A stretch of DNA of 64,000 nt from positions 24,244,001-24,308,000 of the forward strand of contig NC_086109.1 in the NCBI RefSeq assembly GCF_963921235.1, in the 5' to 3' direction. Each line of letters starts with the position of its first letter. Positions within the stretch are counted from its first letter, which is position 1. This stretch comes from Mobula hypostoma. Lineage: Eukaryota. Of the stretch, positions 13,842 to 26,330 are shown piece after piece. Both the position numbers and the translations under genes were made by a program. Below the pieces are notes generated by a model. That model ran no database searches, was not told where the DNA came from, and saw nothing but the letters and a program-made list of their open reading frames with translations.

Positions 13842-14015
13842 CTGAACTTGCTGCTGTTGCAAATGCAACAGGTCCACAGGGCTCACTTCACCATTTGCAT
13901 CCCCATTCGAACTACCTTCTCGACCTCCACCGTCTGACTGGCTGCTTAAACTACTAACTCCGTTCTGATTGGCTGAAGTGCTTCGTATTGCCTCTGATGC
14001 AGACTCCACCATCAT
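13842..14015 (-). CDS. FOXP4: Forkhead box P4, first coding exon (58 codons, [12 protein letters not shown]...[18 protein letters not shown]); gene continues beyond the left edge
   Basis: Peptide matches the FOXP4 N-terminus ([33 protein letters not shown]) rather than FOXP2/FOXP1 (MMQES...). Acceptor cttttag|GTTTTAAGCC ATG (exon starts at 14025, 10 nt UTR); phase-0 donor CAG|gtaggt at 13841. Confidence 0.93.
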
Positions 14016-14175
14016 GGCTTAAAACCTAAAAGGGGATCACAGTAAAAAATAAATATTTAATCAACTTTCCCCGTTTGCACTTCAGTATATTCACAATGCA
14101 TGCAAGTTAATATTTTATAGATATACAAATCGTAGTATCTTATAGCATAGTAAAGTTGTCCTTCACCCATTAAAA

Positions 14176-14255
14176 CAGGGGTTCCCAACCTTTTTTATGC
14201 CATGGACCCCTACCATTAACCAAGCGGGTTGCGGACCCCTGGTTGGGAACCCCTG
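14176..14255. mobile_element. 80-bp hAT-type MITE
   Basis: 15-bp TIR caggggttcccaacc/ggttgggaacccctg; perfect 8-bp TSD cattaaaa (14168-14175, 14256-14263). Confidence 0.9.
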
Positions 14256-15051
14256 CATTAAAAGAACTGCCTAGCCGATCTCAATCCTTAGCTCTTTCCC
14301 CATAACCCTTCAAGTATTTAAAAGTTACTATGGAAACCCTTTCCCACAATATATTTCACATCTGAAAAACCTACAGTGTAAATTAAATTCTATTCATTTT
14401 CTTCTCCATTCTAACACTGTAATCTGAAAACTGGGTTCTATGGTTTCTTCCCGCTTTTCCAGAGGAAGCTGTTACTGTTAATTGTGGGAAACACCAACAT
14501 TAAGTCTTTTTTGAAACTTCTCTGCCTAAAGGAGAAGAACCCAGGGTTCTCCAGGTTCTTCAGCTACATGAGGAGGAATTTCTTCAATCAGTGTGTGGTG
14601 AATCAGTGGAATTCCTTGCCCCAGGCAGCTGTGGAGGCCTAGTCTGAGTGTATATTTAGGCAGAAGTTGAAAGATTCTTTATTGGTCAGGGTATTAAGGG
14701 ACTCAGTTTCACCTTCACTTGCCCTTTGATTGATTGTGATGATTGTCCCAGTTTGACTTCCAGCTCATCCTGAATTAAGTGTATTTATAGTAGTTCAACT
14801 CATGGAAACTGAACTCTTTCAGACTCAGGCTGAACTACAGAGGACGGGGAGGAGGTCTGGCCCCTGCACATGTAACGCATCGGTCCACCGGCGTGGGGAC
14901 ATGCCCTAGTGCTTGTGAACCTGATTCCCGGCTTTGGGTAAAGAGCCCCACTGCCTTGTGGGCAGCCTCAGGAGAGACGAAGGCTACGGGTGTAAACCTA
15001 GACAGCAAATCCTGAGTGGAGCCCCTAAGGCGGCTGGATGTCACTGAATGT

Positions 15052-15722
15052 GGAAGGAGAAGATGGCAGTGCGACGCAGCGCGCGCGGCCTCTCCGGTGA
15101 TTAACATCTGTTATCTGTCAAGTAGGAGGCCGTGCACAATTCTGATTTGATGGAGACGGACGTGAGAGCACGGAGGAACATCTGGTGAAACTTCTGAAAT
15201 GCCTGTTCGCTGCCGCCACTACTGTGTGATCCAGAATCTCCGGAGGGGAAGGCCCCGAATGCTTGGCGGCTGGGGCTGGGATCGAAGCGCTCAGCAGAGA
15301 TGGTGCTCGGTGTTGGAGGACTGGTTGGAGGCTCAAAGTTTTCGGACGGACTCAGAGTCGGACTGTGGTCGTGTGCTTCCAGGATGCTGCATCGGCAAGT
15401 TTATGCGCTGGAGGTTCACGGCAGGGAGAGTTTTTCTTCCTTCTACCGTCTGCGTGAGGTGTTGGGGCTATCGGGACTTTGAGACTTTTTTTTAACCGTG
15501 CCCATGGTCTGCTCTTATCAAATTACGGTACTGCTTTGCACTGTTGTATCTATATGTTATAATTATGTGGTTTTTGTCAGTTTTAGTCTTGGGCTGTCTT
15601 GTGTTTCTGTGATATCATACTGGAGGAAAATTGTATCATTTCTTAATGCATGCATTTCTAAATGACAATAAACGAGGACTGAGTGTCCTCATAATCTAAT
15701 CTAATCTAATCTAATCTAATCT
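15052..15722 (+). mobile_element. Young CpG-rich non-autonomous retroelement with (ctaat)n tail, inserted into an RTE-like 5' region (14830-15950)
   Basis: 5' aagatggc, retained CpGs, aataaa then (ctaat)n; possible short TSD aatgt (15047-15051, 15723-15727). Confidence 0.65.
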
Positions 15723-15954
15723 AATGTCCTTCCAGCAGCTCCTGCAGCCAAACTGGTGCCAAACGTATTGCTTCATAAACTTTCCTTTGGACCATACTGG
15801 TGAGGTTGAGAGGGGTATCTTGATGACTGGGTATCTCAGGATCTCCATACCTTCCACCCGGGCTTGTGATGGTGATCTTCATCCCCCATTGTCCTTCGAG
15901 ACAAATGGATGCCAACCAACCAGCAGTTCAGTAAAGTTCTCAGGGGAATGAGAG

Positions 15955-16325
15955 CATACTTTAAAGAAATATATACAATTATAAAAGGGATAGATAAGTA
16001 AAAGGCAGGATAGTTGTTTCTACTGGTAAGTGTGACTAGAAGGGGGCATAGCTTCAAGATTTGGGGGAGTAGATTTAAGATGGAGATGAGGTAAAACTGC
16101 TTTAGCCAGATAAAGGTCGAATTCTCTGCCCAGGGAAGCAGTAGAGGCTACCTTGTTAAATATATTTAAGACAGTTAGATAGCAAAAGAATCTTATATGG
16201 GGAAAAGGCAAGTAGGTGGACCCGAGTCCAACACTAGATCAACTACGATCTTACTGAATGGTGGAGCAGTCTTGATGGGCAAGAAGGCCAACTTCTCCAT
16301 GTGTTTCTTGTGTTTATTATGTTTC
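15955..16325 (+). mobile_element. CR1 3' fragment
   Basis: Decayed EIYTIIKGIDK..TRRGHSFKI motif. Confidence 0.75.
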
Positions 16326-17026
16326 AGCACTATCTGTGCTGCTGCCAGTTTGTGCCTATGAATGATTATCGTTGGAATCTAGAGTCTGATTGCCGTCAAC
16401 CAAATACAAATGTTAAGCATGCCAGAATGTGATTAAGCAAGGTAATGACCTGGTCATTGCCCACCCCTGGCCTGCTTGCCTTGATTTTACATTTGAAGAA
16501 CATCCTGAGTTGGAGATGGAGTGGATAAAGGACAGTGGTCCTTGTACCTGCGATGTACTCAAAATTGTCAGGTGGAAAACGAGCACTGGAAGATTGGCAA
16601 AGAAAGAGATTCATTCTTAGCAGAAATCATTTCTGTTCTCTCCTCACTTTTTGATGATACTGGATTATATTGAAGTAAATCCGTTTTCAGGTGGTAGTAA
16701 CCTTCCTAATTCTTTATACTGCCCATGGCAACAGCTCTCCAGATTAACGTAACAGAGTAGTTTTCCACCTGGTCACAAGGTGTGCTTCTTGGGAGCATGT
16801 ATGCTCAGCACACAATTTTGTGTGCTCTCCCAGTGAATGAGAATCAGCATCACTCCTGGAAAAACCCAGCAACAAGACCCCAGCCTGTTCACAAGTACAC
16901 CCCACACTTTGAGCACTGGCCTTTGATTCTCTGGGATTTGAAGGCTGATGTCCAGATGCCCTCTCAGTAAATTGCAGGCAAAAGAAAATATATCAGGGAA
17001 TTAAAAAATGAGATTTTTATTTAAAA

Positions 17027-17458
17027 TCACAAAATGATGGAGGAACTGAGCAAGCAGAGTGGAATAAACAGTTGACGTTTCTGACTGAGACACCTCATTG
17101 GCACTGGAAATGAAGGGTGAAGGGGAAAGACTACATTGAGGCAGGGGAAGGGTGAAGTCAGGTGAGGGGAAAGGTGGTTGGGTGGAAGGTGATGTAAAAA
17201 ACTAGGAGGGGATAGATGAAAGATGTAAAGGGCTGAAGAAGAAGGAATCTAAAGGAAAGGACTGTGGAGCATGGAAGTAAGAGGAGGGGGAGAGCAATCA
17301 GAGGAAGAAGGAGGGCAGGTGAGAAGAAGGGAAGGGGTAAGAGGGTAAACAGAATAAAGCCAGCAAGTCAGGCTCCATATATGCTCTTTGACTTGTTGAG
17401 TTCAAAGAGCATTTTGTGTGCGTTACTCAAGATTTCCAGCATCTGCAGGATCTTGTGA
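17027..17458 (-). mobile_element. Penelope-like 3' remnant with inverted terminal segment
   Basis: Purine-rich body homologous to 31330-31690; ends cacaaaatgatggaggaact / agcattttgtgtg. Confidence 0.7.
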
Positions 17459-20400
17459 TTTTATTGCACTTCAACACTTCAGTTGTACTGGAAAGTGTAT
17501 GGCATAGAAAAAAAGGTTATATTGCTGATAAAGCAGCATTATCCAACTGAGCAAGGCTCACTATCTGATTTGTATGTCTCGGGAGCACACCTTGAAGATC
17601 AACACGAGAACTGCGTTAAGTTTTCAAAGACACAGGTCAGACAAACAACAGCAATACATATTTGGCTGCCACAGAGCAGAGAGAAGATGCAGGGGGAGTG
17701 CATGACAGTAGAGAGATCCAAAATGTCCGGGGAGCAGGGAATCGGCCACGAGAAGCTCCCCCAGGAGGCGATCGGAGTCTAACAGCCTTGGGTAGAGTTC
17801 AGATCTACTAACTAGCCTCAGTGGCTCAGTATTGGGTCAACAAAGATAACTTTATGGCTTTTCTTCAGACTTTCAAAGAATTTCTGTTTAATTACATTAG
17901 TGAGAGGTGTTGTGTTATTGAATTATTGTGATACGGGGGTGGGGTAATTCTATTTCTGGAATGGGATTGCAAGTTAAGTCTAACTAGAAATAGGCAGCAT
18001 AGAACATGTCAAAAGGAGAAGCAAATTCCTTTCTCTAATACCTCCTCATTTCTTCGTTGCCACAGAGTAGTTGGGAGCAAAGGTTTGTTATCTAGCTGTG
18101 ATCTGGTAATTTCTGGTTACTTGTATGTGATCCCAGATTTGTGGCATGCGAGAAATGTTTGCCCGCCATAAATCCAAGGGATTTCTCAACTTTTGAACTT
18201 TTCGGCCTCTGGGAGCTGACAGGTTAATTACAGATGTAGATGTCCCCTTAAAGTGAAGGGTTGCCTTTGATAAATGCCAACTCTAACAGCACTGCATTAG
18301 TCTAGTTGCTTGATCAGGATCCTGCCACAATGCCACTCACTAAAACCAACTAATTTCCATCAGTAAATCCCATTTGTTTTGTTTGACTGTTGAAATGTGC
18401 CTGCAGTTGCTGTATTGCATCTACTACTGGAGTGTTGTCACGTTGTGCACTAGATGCTGGGAAAGATTTGGACACCTACATTGGTTAGTTGGGCTGAATG
18501 CTTTGATTCCATCATCGACTAATAAGGAGCATAATTTCTTAATCCTTCAAAGAACTGATGTAACCCTCAATTCTATCCTCAGAATCCTACTATATAAACA
18601 AATTATCTTGCTTGGACTTCTTTTCCCAGTCGCAGAAGTTACCAGGCGAATTCAATTCCTTAACCATTGAATTGTCTGGTCACTTATCTTTCTTTATGAA
18701 AACTTACAGTCTATGAATTTTCTAACAGATTTGTTACGTTACAGCGTTTCCAAAGCAATGATTTCCTTTAAAGTTGTTTCAAATGACCTGAGGATCGAAA
18801 ACCACTATGTAAAGTGAGTTATATGGATGTATAATATGTATTGTATAAAGGTTGCTAATTAATTCCCTTAAACATAAAATAGAGTCTGGGAGGACAGTTT
18901 AAAACTTAAAACCAACCTAATATCTATTCCATGGATGATATAATCTTTTGAACCATATGAATGTTTGTTACTTTCAGAACAAAAGTGTACACTTTTCAAT
19001 CTGTACACCTGACTTCCAGCTCATTGTTAAAATAGCTTCCCAGAGGAGGTGCAGATGGATGTGGCTGACTTACGGTAAAGCATCAAGGGCACCACAGTTA
19101 AATCGAGGCTGATAAACGTTCAGTGCTGCAGTGACCTGTAGGAGTAAGGTTGCTAACTCTGACTAGAGGAATTCCTGGAGATTTCACAACCTGACCTTCT
19201 ACCCCTACTGCCCTGACATCACAATCCTCGCCATTTGTCACCCATTATGAAATCAAGGCATACAATGACCAAGTCGTTTGGCCCATTGTACCTGTCCCTG
19301 GCTCTTTGATCGAGCAAATCAATTAATCTCAACCCCCTATTTGTTTCTCATAGTTGTGTAAACTGTTTCCTTTCAAATGTTTGATCCATTCCCCATTAAA
19401 ACTTATAACTGAAGTGACTTCCATTCCTTATCAGCATATACCAGGTAACAAAAAATCATTACATATTATACATGTAAAGGATATCACCTCATACTCTACA
19501 GTTAATTGTCATGCATTGGAAAATATTTCCTTCTTATTTATAGTTACCTTTCTGTTAAAAAAGGAGTTCACAGCACACTGTGCAATTATAGTTTATTATG
19601 CATAGCAATGCATACACCTCTCTATATTCAAGGAACTATGTTCTCAGTGTAACCCATTGTTCAACAGACAATATACAGTACTTGTATTTAAACAGCTCAA
19701 TGTGCACGGTAAAAGCAGCAATTGTATAAACCCTGTGCAGTAAATGACTCTTCATATTGCTAACACTAACCTGTATTTATTTATTTGGTGATACAGCGTG
19801 GAGAAGGCCCTTCCAGACTTTTTCAGCCATGCCACCTCTGCAACCATAACAACCCCGATACTCAACGCCAATAAATGGCACAAACCCCTACTGCAATCGT
19901 TTTTAATTTAGTCTTCTTACACCAGTAACAAAATTAGGAACCACTTTTGCTAAATGAGAGATGGAGAAACAGTAATTATTGTGAAACTATATACGTGTAT
20001 TTTTGGAATAAGTTAGTGAGAGAAAGCATTGACCTGATTTTATAATGTGAAGTCTGAGTGGAAAACACATTAATAAAAGTATTACAATAAATGACAGATC
20101 AATTCTATATCAACATTGTGGCAATAAATAGAAAGTGGAAACCATTATAAAACAATAAATTAGTGAGCGAGGTGAGATAAATAGTGGGTCAGTGTGCAAG
20201 TGTGAAAGGATAAGTTAGGCAGAACAAGGTGGACGAAAAAGAGAAGATGAATAAGTGAGAGAGAGAATGGAGGGAAGGTAGGAGATTACAAGAGAACATG
20301 GCTGAATCTGGATACAGAGCAACAGTGAGAAAAAAATTGAAGAGAAAAAACATTTGGGGTGGTTATTGTGGTGGGCAGAGGGAGAGAAAGCTGACAAGAA

Positions 20401-23400
20401 ATTAAATTGCACAGCACAGTTTTGTTTTCAGTGTTACACACCTAAAAAAAGAGAGTAATTTCTTTTCTGGAACGAAATACTAAAACAAACATTTCCTGAT
20501 TATCTTCTATCATCCTCAGAGCTTGACAGGGCATTTCATGTATTGTCGTTTTTCAACTTTAATGTAGTTTCTGTGTCGGGAAGACATCATTCCCTGTGCA
20601 ACAATCCCTTTGCAACATTGTAGAGGAAATTGGATCACATTATCTCAAGATCAACCATTGGTGGTCACTGCAGATCAATCTTGTCTCCTTAGCATAGTGC
20701 CCACTGGACTGTAATACATACCAGTTAAGTTAATTACTTTAATCTTCAGCCCTCCACAAACCCCTTTTCTGCACTTCACCACTCCTACCTCACAATATGC
20801 ACCAACTCCTTTTTGCCCCCCTCCCCCTTGACCCTATAATTGTTTGAGGACGGGCCCTCATTCCCTAATATGTTGCCTCAAGCTGCTATCCAGCCACCTT
20901 TGCAGGCCCCATTTCCAAATTCCTGATCTATTTCACCCCCAGACCAAGATATTCATCTTATCTTCCATCTTGCTGTATCCATTTCTACAACCATGCCATC
21001 CTAATCCCCAAATTTAACCTCAGCTACAAATTCAACCTGGAAAATGGGCAATGTTAGTTGTACAGGAAGTCTACAACTTTGGACATAACTCTAGTCCGCA
21101 CATCGGATATTGGATTGGATAGGCATAACATGGATCATTTTAGGTTCAGTGAGTATTTTGGGGCAGAGTGGCTTAGAATGAAATGGCAGCGAAACAGGGC
21201 CAATATGACGAGAGATGATATCACCCAGCAGTCTGTTTATCTTTGGAATTTTGTTCTCCGGTGCATTACAGACACTCAATCTACGAATATATTCAGGGGA
21301 GAGATCAATTGGTGTTTGGGGACTAAAGGAGTCCAAGGGAAAAGGGGCTGGGGAAAGTGGAATCAAGGTAAGTGCGCAAATATCTCCTTAATAAATATCA
21401 CACCAACGTTAAAAGGTCATCTGATCCAACCTTGCTCCTGTTCCATACACTCTTGTGTTCTTGGAAAGAGCGCAAGAAGAACAATACAAGCAAGCATTGA
21501 GAGACAGAGAGATACACTAACAGTCAGAACTACAAGAAACCCATCATAAAAGCTGCCTTTCACTGACCCCAAGCGAGGTGGCACTGGATTAAGACAATAC
21601 CTTCTCTGTTGTTTATCCAGAACTGGTGCTTCAAGTGTCAGAGGAGAAAACATACTCTTCAGCATACAACTGATCAGCACTTAAAATTAAAATATCGTCT
21701 CTCTGACCATGGGCCTCCAGCCAGCGATATTAAACACGAGCAATATGCACAAAATGCTGGAGGAACTCAGCAAGTCAGGCAGCACCTATCCATGATTTCC
21801 AGTTGCTGAGCCTTAGTGAATGACAACATGAAATGCTGGAATGGCAAGTCATATATCCAGCAAATGGCTGTGGCATCGACAAGATAGAATTGCCCGAGCT
21901 GCAGAAAGAGGCCGATTGGGACCCAAGGAAAAAAAAAGATTGAACTTCCAGTCTCACATTTATAAAACACTTCAAAATTCTGAATTAAAAAGAAGAATCT
22001 TTAGGATCAAATAATTCATTAATATATTCTGGGACAATTCTTTCAAAGTAGGCTTGGTTCTGTTCCAAATGCACTAAAGGGTTTTCTGCATATTTTCAAA
22101 TCCATTATCTTCAGCCGATTTCATTATGCTATCATGCACACATCACTTTCAGTGTTGAAGTCTGACAGAAAACAAAAGACAGCAATTGTACCCACTGGAT
22201 CCTGTACATAATGAATGATAATGCCAGTCATTAGGGTATTTCAATTCCTAATAGTCATTTGATATTTTTCGAGATCTCTCATTGGCAAAATCTCTTCCAC
22301 CATGTGTACTGGGTAGATGGCCAGTAATGATTATAAAGGCCAAGATTTTCTTCAGGGATAAAATCTCATCCAGAGTTTTATTCCCTTAAAATGAAACCTA
22401 TTAAAATGCTAGAACTGAAAAATATATTGAAATAAATATGTCTTTTAATTGTGCCAATTAATTCCATTGTTCCATGCAGTCAAATGGGGAATCACACTGA
22501 CAGAGTGAAAGATTGAAAGTAAAGTATGTGCATAGAGTAAAAGATTATGAAAGAATAAAGGTGTAGTATTTCAAGTTTTTGTGCTGTCAGAAGATTGTAC
22601 CAAAAGTGTGCTTGGAATTGAATTGATTCAATTGCAGTTCAAAGTTTTGATAAAATTAATTTCCATACTCATAAATGTAAATTCTTCAATGAACTAATGC
22701 AAATAGAAAATTGGACATAATAGTTTAATTATTTTCATTAAAAATGTGCCTTAATGTATTTAAGAGAGATAACCTGGTGCAGATCTTTAATAAAGCGGCA
22801 AAAGAATTTATTTTGCTTATCCAATCCAGTTTTGATGAAAATTGAAATACATGCCTGAACATCACTGCAGGAATTTTCAATTGCACATATTCTGTCTGCA
22901 GAACACTCAAGCAGAATCAAACTTGCTCATCCGACTATGAAGTCTGATTTTGCACGACATAAAGGGAATCTACTTGAGCGAGTCCCAGCCTGCTCTGGGA
23001 ATCCACCTGAGAAAGTTCCCTTTTATAGAAAGTTCTTATCTCGCTCTTTTTCAGGTCACACAAGCCAATGACCCTCACCTGCCCAGCACGTTGATTTGAC
23101 AACCTTGCCACTCCTCCAGTCAGCAATTTCAAACTTTGAGTACTGTCACGAATAAAGTAATTGTTGGTTTGCCTCTACTATATAACTACTGAAGACCTGA
23201 CCAAAGACTTACAAAGCACTTTCATGAAGTTTGATTCCACCAGCTGAGATTAACCAAAATTATTGGAAATATTTAAGGAACGTAGTTGTGCATTTTAGCA
23301 GTTTGATTGTTTTCCATGTTCAACTTCTTATGAAGTATTTTGGATCTGAAAATAAATATTTAAAATCCATCTAACTGTGCCTGTGCAAACAAGACTTGTC

Positions 23401-23899
23401 CTGTGTGTGACTGTTGGTACTGTGTTTTGTACCTTGACATTGGAGGAATACTGTTTCATTTGGCTGTATTCATAGGTATTCATGTATGGTTGTATGACAA
23501 TTAAACTCGAACTTGAATTTAAAGAGGGAGCCTTCTCGTACTCTCATTTAATCAATGTAAGAAAAGTAGAGTATAAAGATTAACAAGATTATCATCTGGA
23601 CATATCAAAAATGCTAAGCATATAGTAATGGACTTCCAGTTGGAGACTCCTGTCCCACAAGATCTCCCAGACGACTAGTTATGAATTGTATGATATTTGT
23701 CTTTCCTTACTGAACGCTGCAATTTATTAGTAGAACCAGGTGATTGGCTGACCGGTAGGATTCAAATGAAGTCCATCTTTTAACATGGATTCATTTTCCA
23801 ACTCACAGGAAATAAAAATGGCTACAAAGTGACAGGGGGAAAGCACTTATTTATATCATGCTGCTAACATTGTACTTTATCCTAAGCCACTTCATGGAG

Positions 23900-24290
23900 T
23901 TATCCAAAATAGGGGATATAAAGTGATATTAGAGAAGGCAAGCAAAATATTGGATCGGATGGCATGATTTCGTCTATTGACAAGAGTAACAGAGAAATAT
24001 CGAAGTTCAGCAGGAAACTTCACAGTTTATAGAGCAAAATATATAGTTGCCATTGGTGAAATGACGGCTTGGATTTGCTCAAGGAGCTGGAATTGGAGGA
24101 GTTCAGAACGCCCAGAGAGATGGAAAGCAGGAGCTTATAGAGAGAGAAGGTTTGGGGGAGTGGCTACGGATAAATTGGAAGACAAAAGTAAGCAGTTTAT
24201 AATGAGGATATTGTTGGGCAGGGATGACAGGTGAATGGAATTCGGTGTGACTAGGCATGCAGACACTTGGCTTTAGATGAAATTGTTCAC
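23900..24290 (-). mobile_element. Ancient L2 remnant
   Basis: Resembles the reverse complement of the L2 remnant at 4530-4920. Confidence 0.5.
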
Positions 24291-25479
24291 AAGACTGCAG
24301 AGAAAATTAAAACTGATAGTGGGTGAGAATAACGGAACTTGTATGAAAAAGAAACAGATAAGGGCAAACATTTGCAAGGAGAGAGAAGCAGAGACAGGGA
24401 TGTAGACAGAGACAAATAGATAGTAAGTGAGAGTAAGAAAGCAAAGAGACAGGAAGAAGCAGTCTAAGAATTGCACAGTTTCAGAGGGAAACAGACAGAT
24501 GATGAAAATACACAACAGATGTTCTCAAAGAATTAAAAAGGCAGAAGAATCACAAAAGGCACAAGAGGTAAATCACAACACTGAATCTGAACACAGAAAA
24601 CCCATTTGCCAGGAAATGTTCCTCTTGGATCAGGATTTCTGTCAACAGTATATGAAAAGCAAGCCAATTTATAACCCTCTATCCCACAGTCTATTTAATC
24701 ATCCCGTCAGCAACTGACTCTAAACAAAAACAATAGGAAACACTGGGCACATTGTACACACAATGATCACACTTTGAGAATGATGTGAACTCTTATTGAG
24801 AAATGTGTTGAACTGTGTTTGGTTTATTAAGGAGGGCAGATTATACATACTGAGACCGATTTACATTGTTAGTGGAAATCCTATTCAATAAGCTTAGAAA
24901 CGAAAGGGGTTTGGTTCTGAGGGGACTCTGTAACCCACAATACAAAAACCGGAACACCAAGCAAAATCTACTTATTATCAATTTTCCTTTCACTCTGCGG
25001 TATTTACAGTTCAGGTGAGGAGTTTCGGCAAATAGCACAAAACATCAGGGTTGAAAAAACAAGATAATTCCAGGGCTGATTAGGATGTGAATACATTTGT
25101 AACTTTTTTTTAAAATTAACAGTGACAGAGTGGAAGTTATTGGAAAATCCAGAGGGGTGGCATGTTTTCCAGGCACCGGCTGGGGGAGGAAACTCATTCT
25201 TTTGCTTCTGGATCTGACCAGTCAGCTGCTGTCAGAAGGCAGAAGATGCTTTAAAGTATGAGGGCATACAATTCCTGAACAAACCACAAGATTAAATAGG
25301 TCATCTGCAACACTGGGAGTTTCAGTGTACTGGGCACTTCATCTGAAAAGGAAAAATAATTAAAAATAATTCTCTACCTCCCTACATTATATTAAAATTT
25401 TCCTCTCCCAACGCAAAAGGGCCTATTTTTATATCTAAAAACCTACCACAAAAGGGTGATGGAATTGCTGCCTATAATG

Positions 25480-26330
25480 ACAGTGGAAAAAGATGATAAT
25501 TTGTATTAACTAGGGAGCAACGAGTCAAGCTCATTTGCATCTTTTAGATTATATGCATTTCAGAAGTAATTTCTGGAGGGGCAATGAATGAGTATTAATT
25601 CCCGCGTGAATTCACAATATAGAAAAAAAACCATCAAACACCACACAGGGAAGGAGAGAGAATTTCGCAGCATAATAACAGTAGCTTGCTTGGTGAGAAC
25701 TAATTCATGAAGAGCATATTTCACCCGTGCATTTAGGATCGAGTATGATGGCTATAGAAAGACTGTTCCTTCAGTACTTTAACATTCTCCTAGATAATTA
25801 TCATATCATATTTCATTTCCCTGCTTACAATGCTAGTCAGTCACTCCACTCTCTTTGCAATTTCTAAAGTAGAGAGAGAAAAGGTGAGTAAGTCCCAGTG
25901 CATTCGATCCCTTCTTAATACCAGCCCCATTTGGAGTTGGCGAACAGATCGACTGAAATTTGACAAACAAAATTTGTCTTCAACCCTAATTATGACATAT
26001 TTATTTGCCCTTTCCTGCAGATAATATTGGGCCTCATCTTTCAATTAGTAATTATGAAAATTAATAGCAAACAAAAGCAATAATGAATACAGCTTCAGTA
26101 ATGGTGACAGCACGGCTGCAAATATGACAAGGTCAAATTAGTTTTTTGTGTGTAATTCAATGAATGTCATTAAGAAACATTCAGCATAATCTCTGTCCTT
26201 TGTTCACTGTGAAACACATTTCTTTACTTTGCTGATGTATCTTATACATTTCTTCCCATCCACTGATTTTCTCCTGACTGTTGAAGGGGAAAAGCTCTAT
26301 CACCTGTCTGTTTTTTCTTCCAAATGGACA
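25480..26330. promoter_or_regulatory. Candidate conserved non-coding element or enhancer of FOXP4
   Basis: Repeat-free and AT-rich, dense in TAAT/ATTA, TGACA, ATTTGCAT, GCAAACA and AGGTCA motifs; conservation not tested. Confidence 0.45.

Noticed and set aside
15060..15480. CpG-rich stretch as the FOXP4 promoter CpG island
   Set aside because: It lies inside a retroelement with a microsatellite tail, inserted in another repeat
21058..21549. 163-aa ORF
   Set aside because: Overlaps a decayed CR1 3' end (VYLWNF motif)
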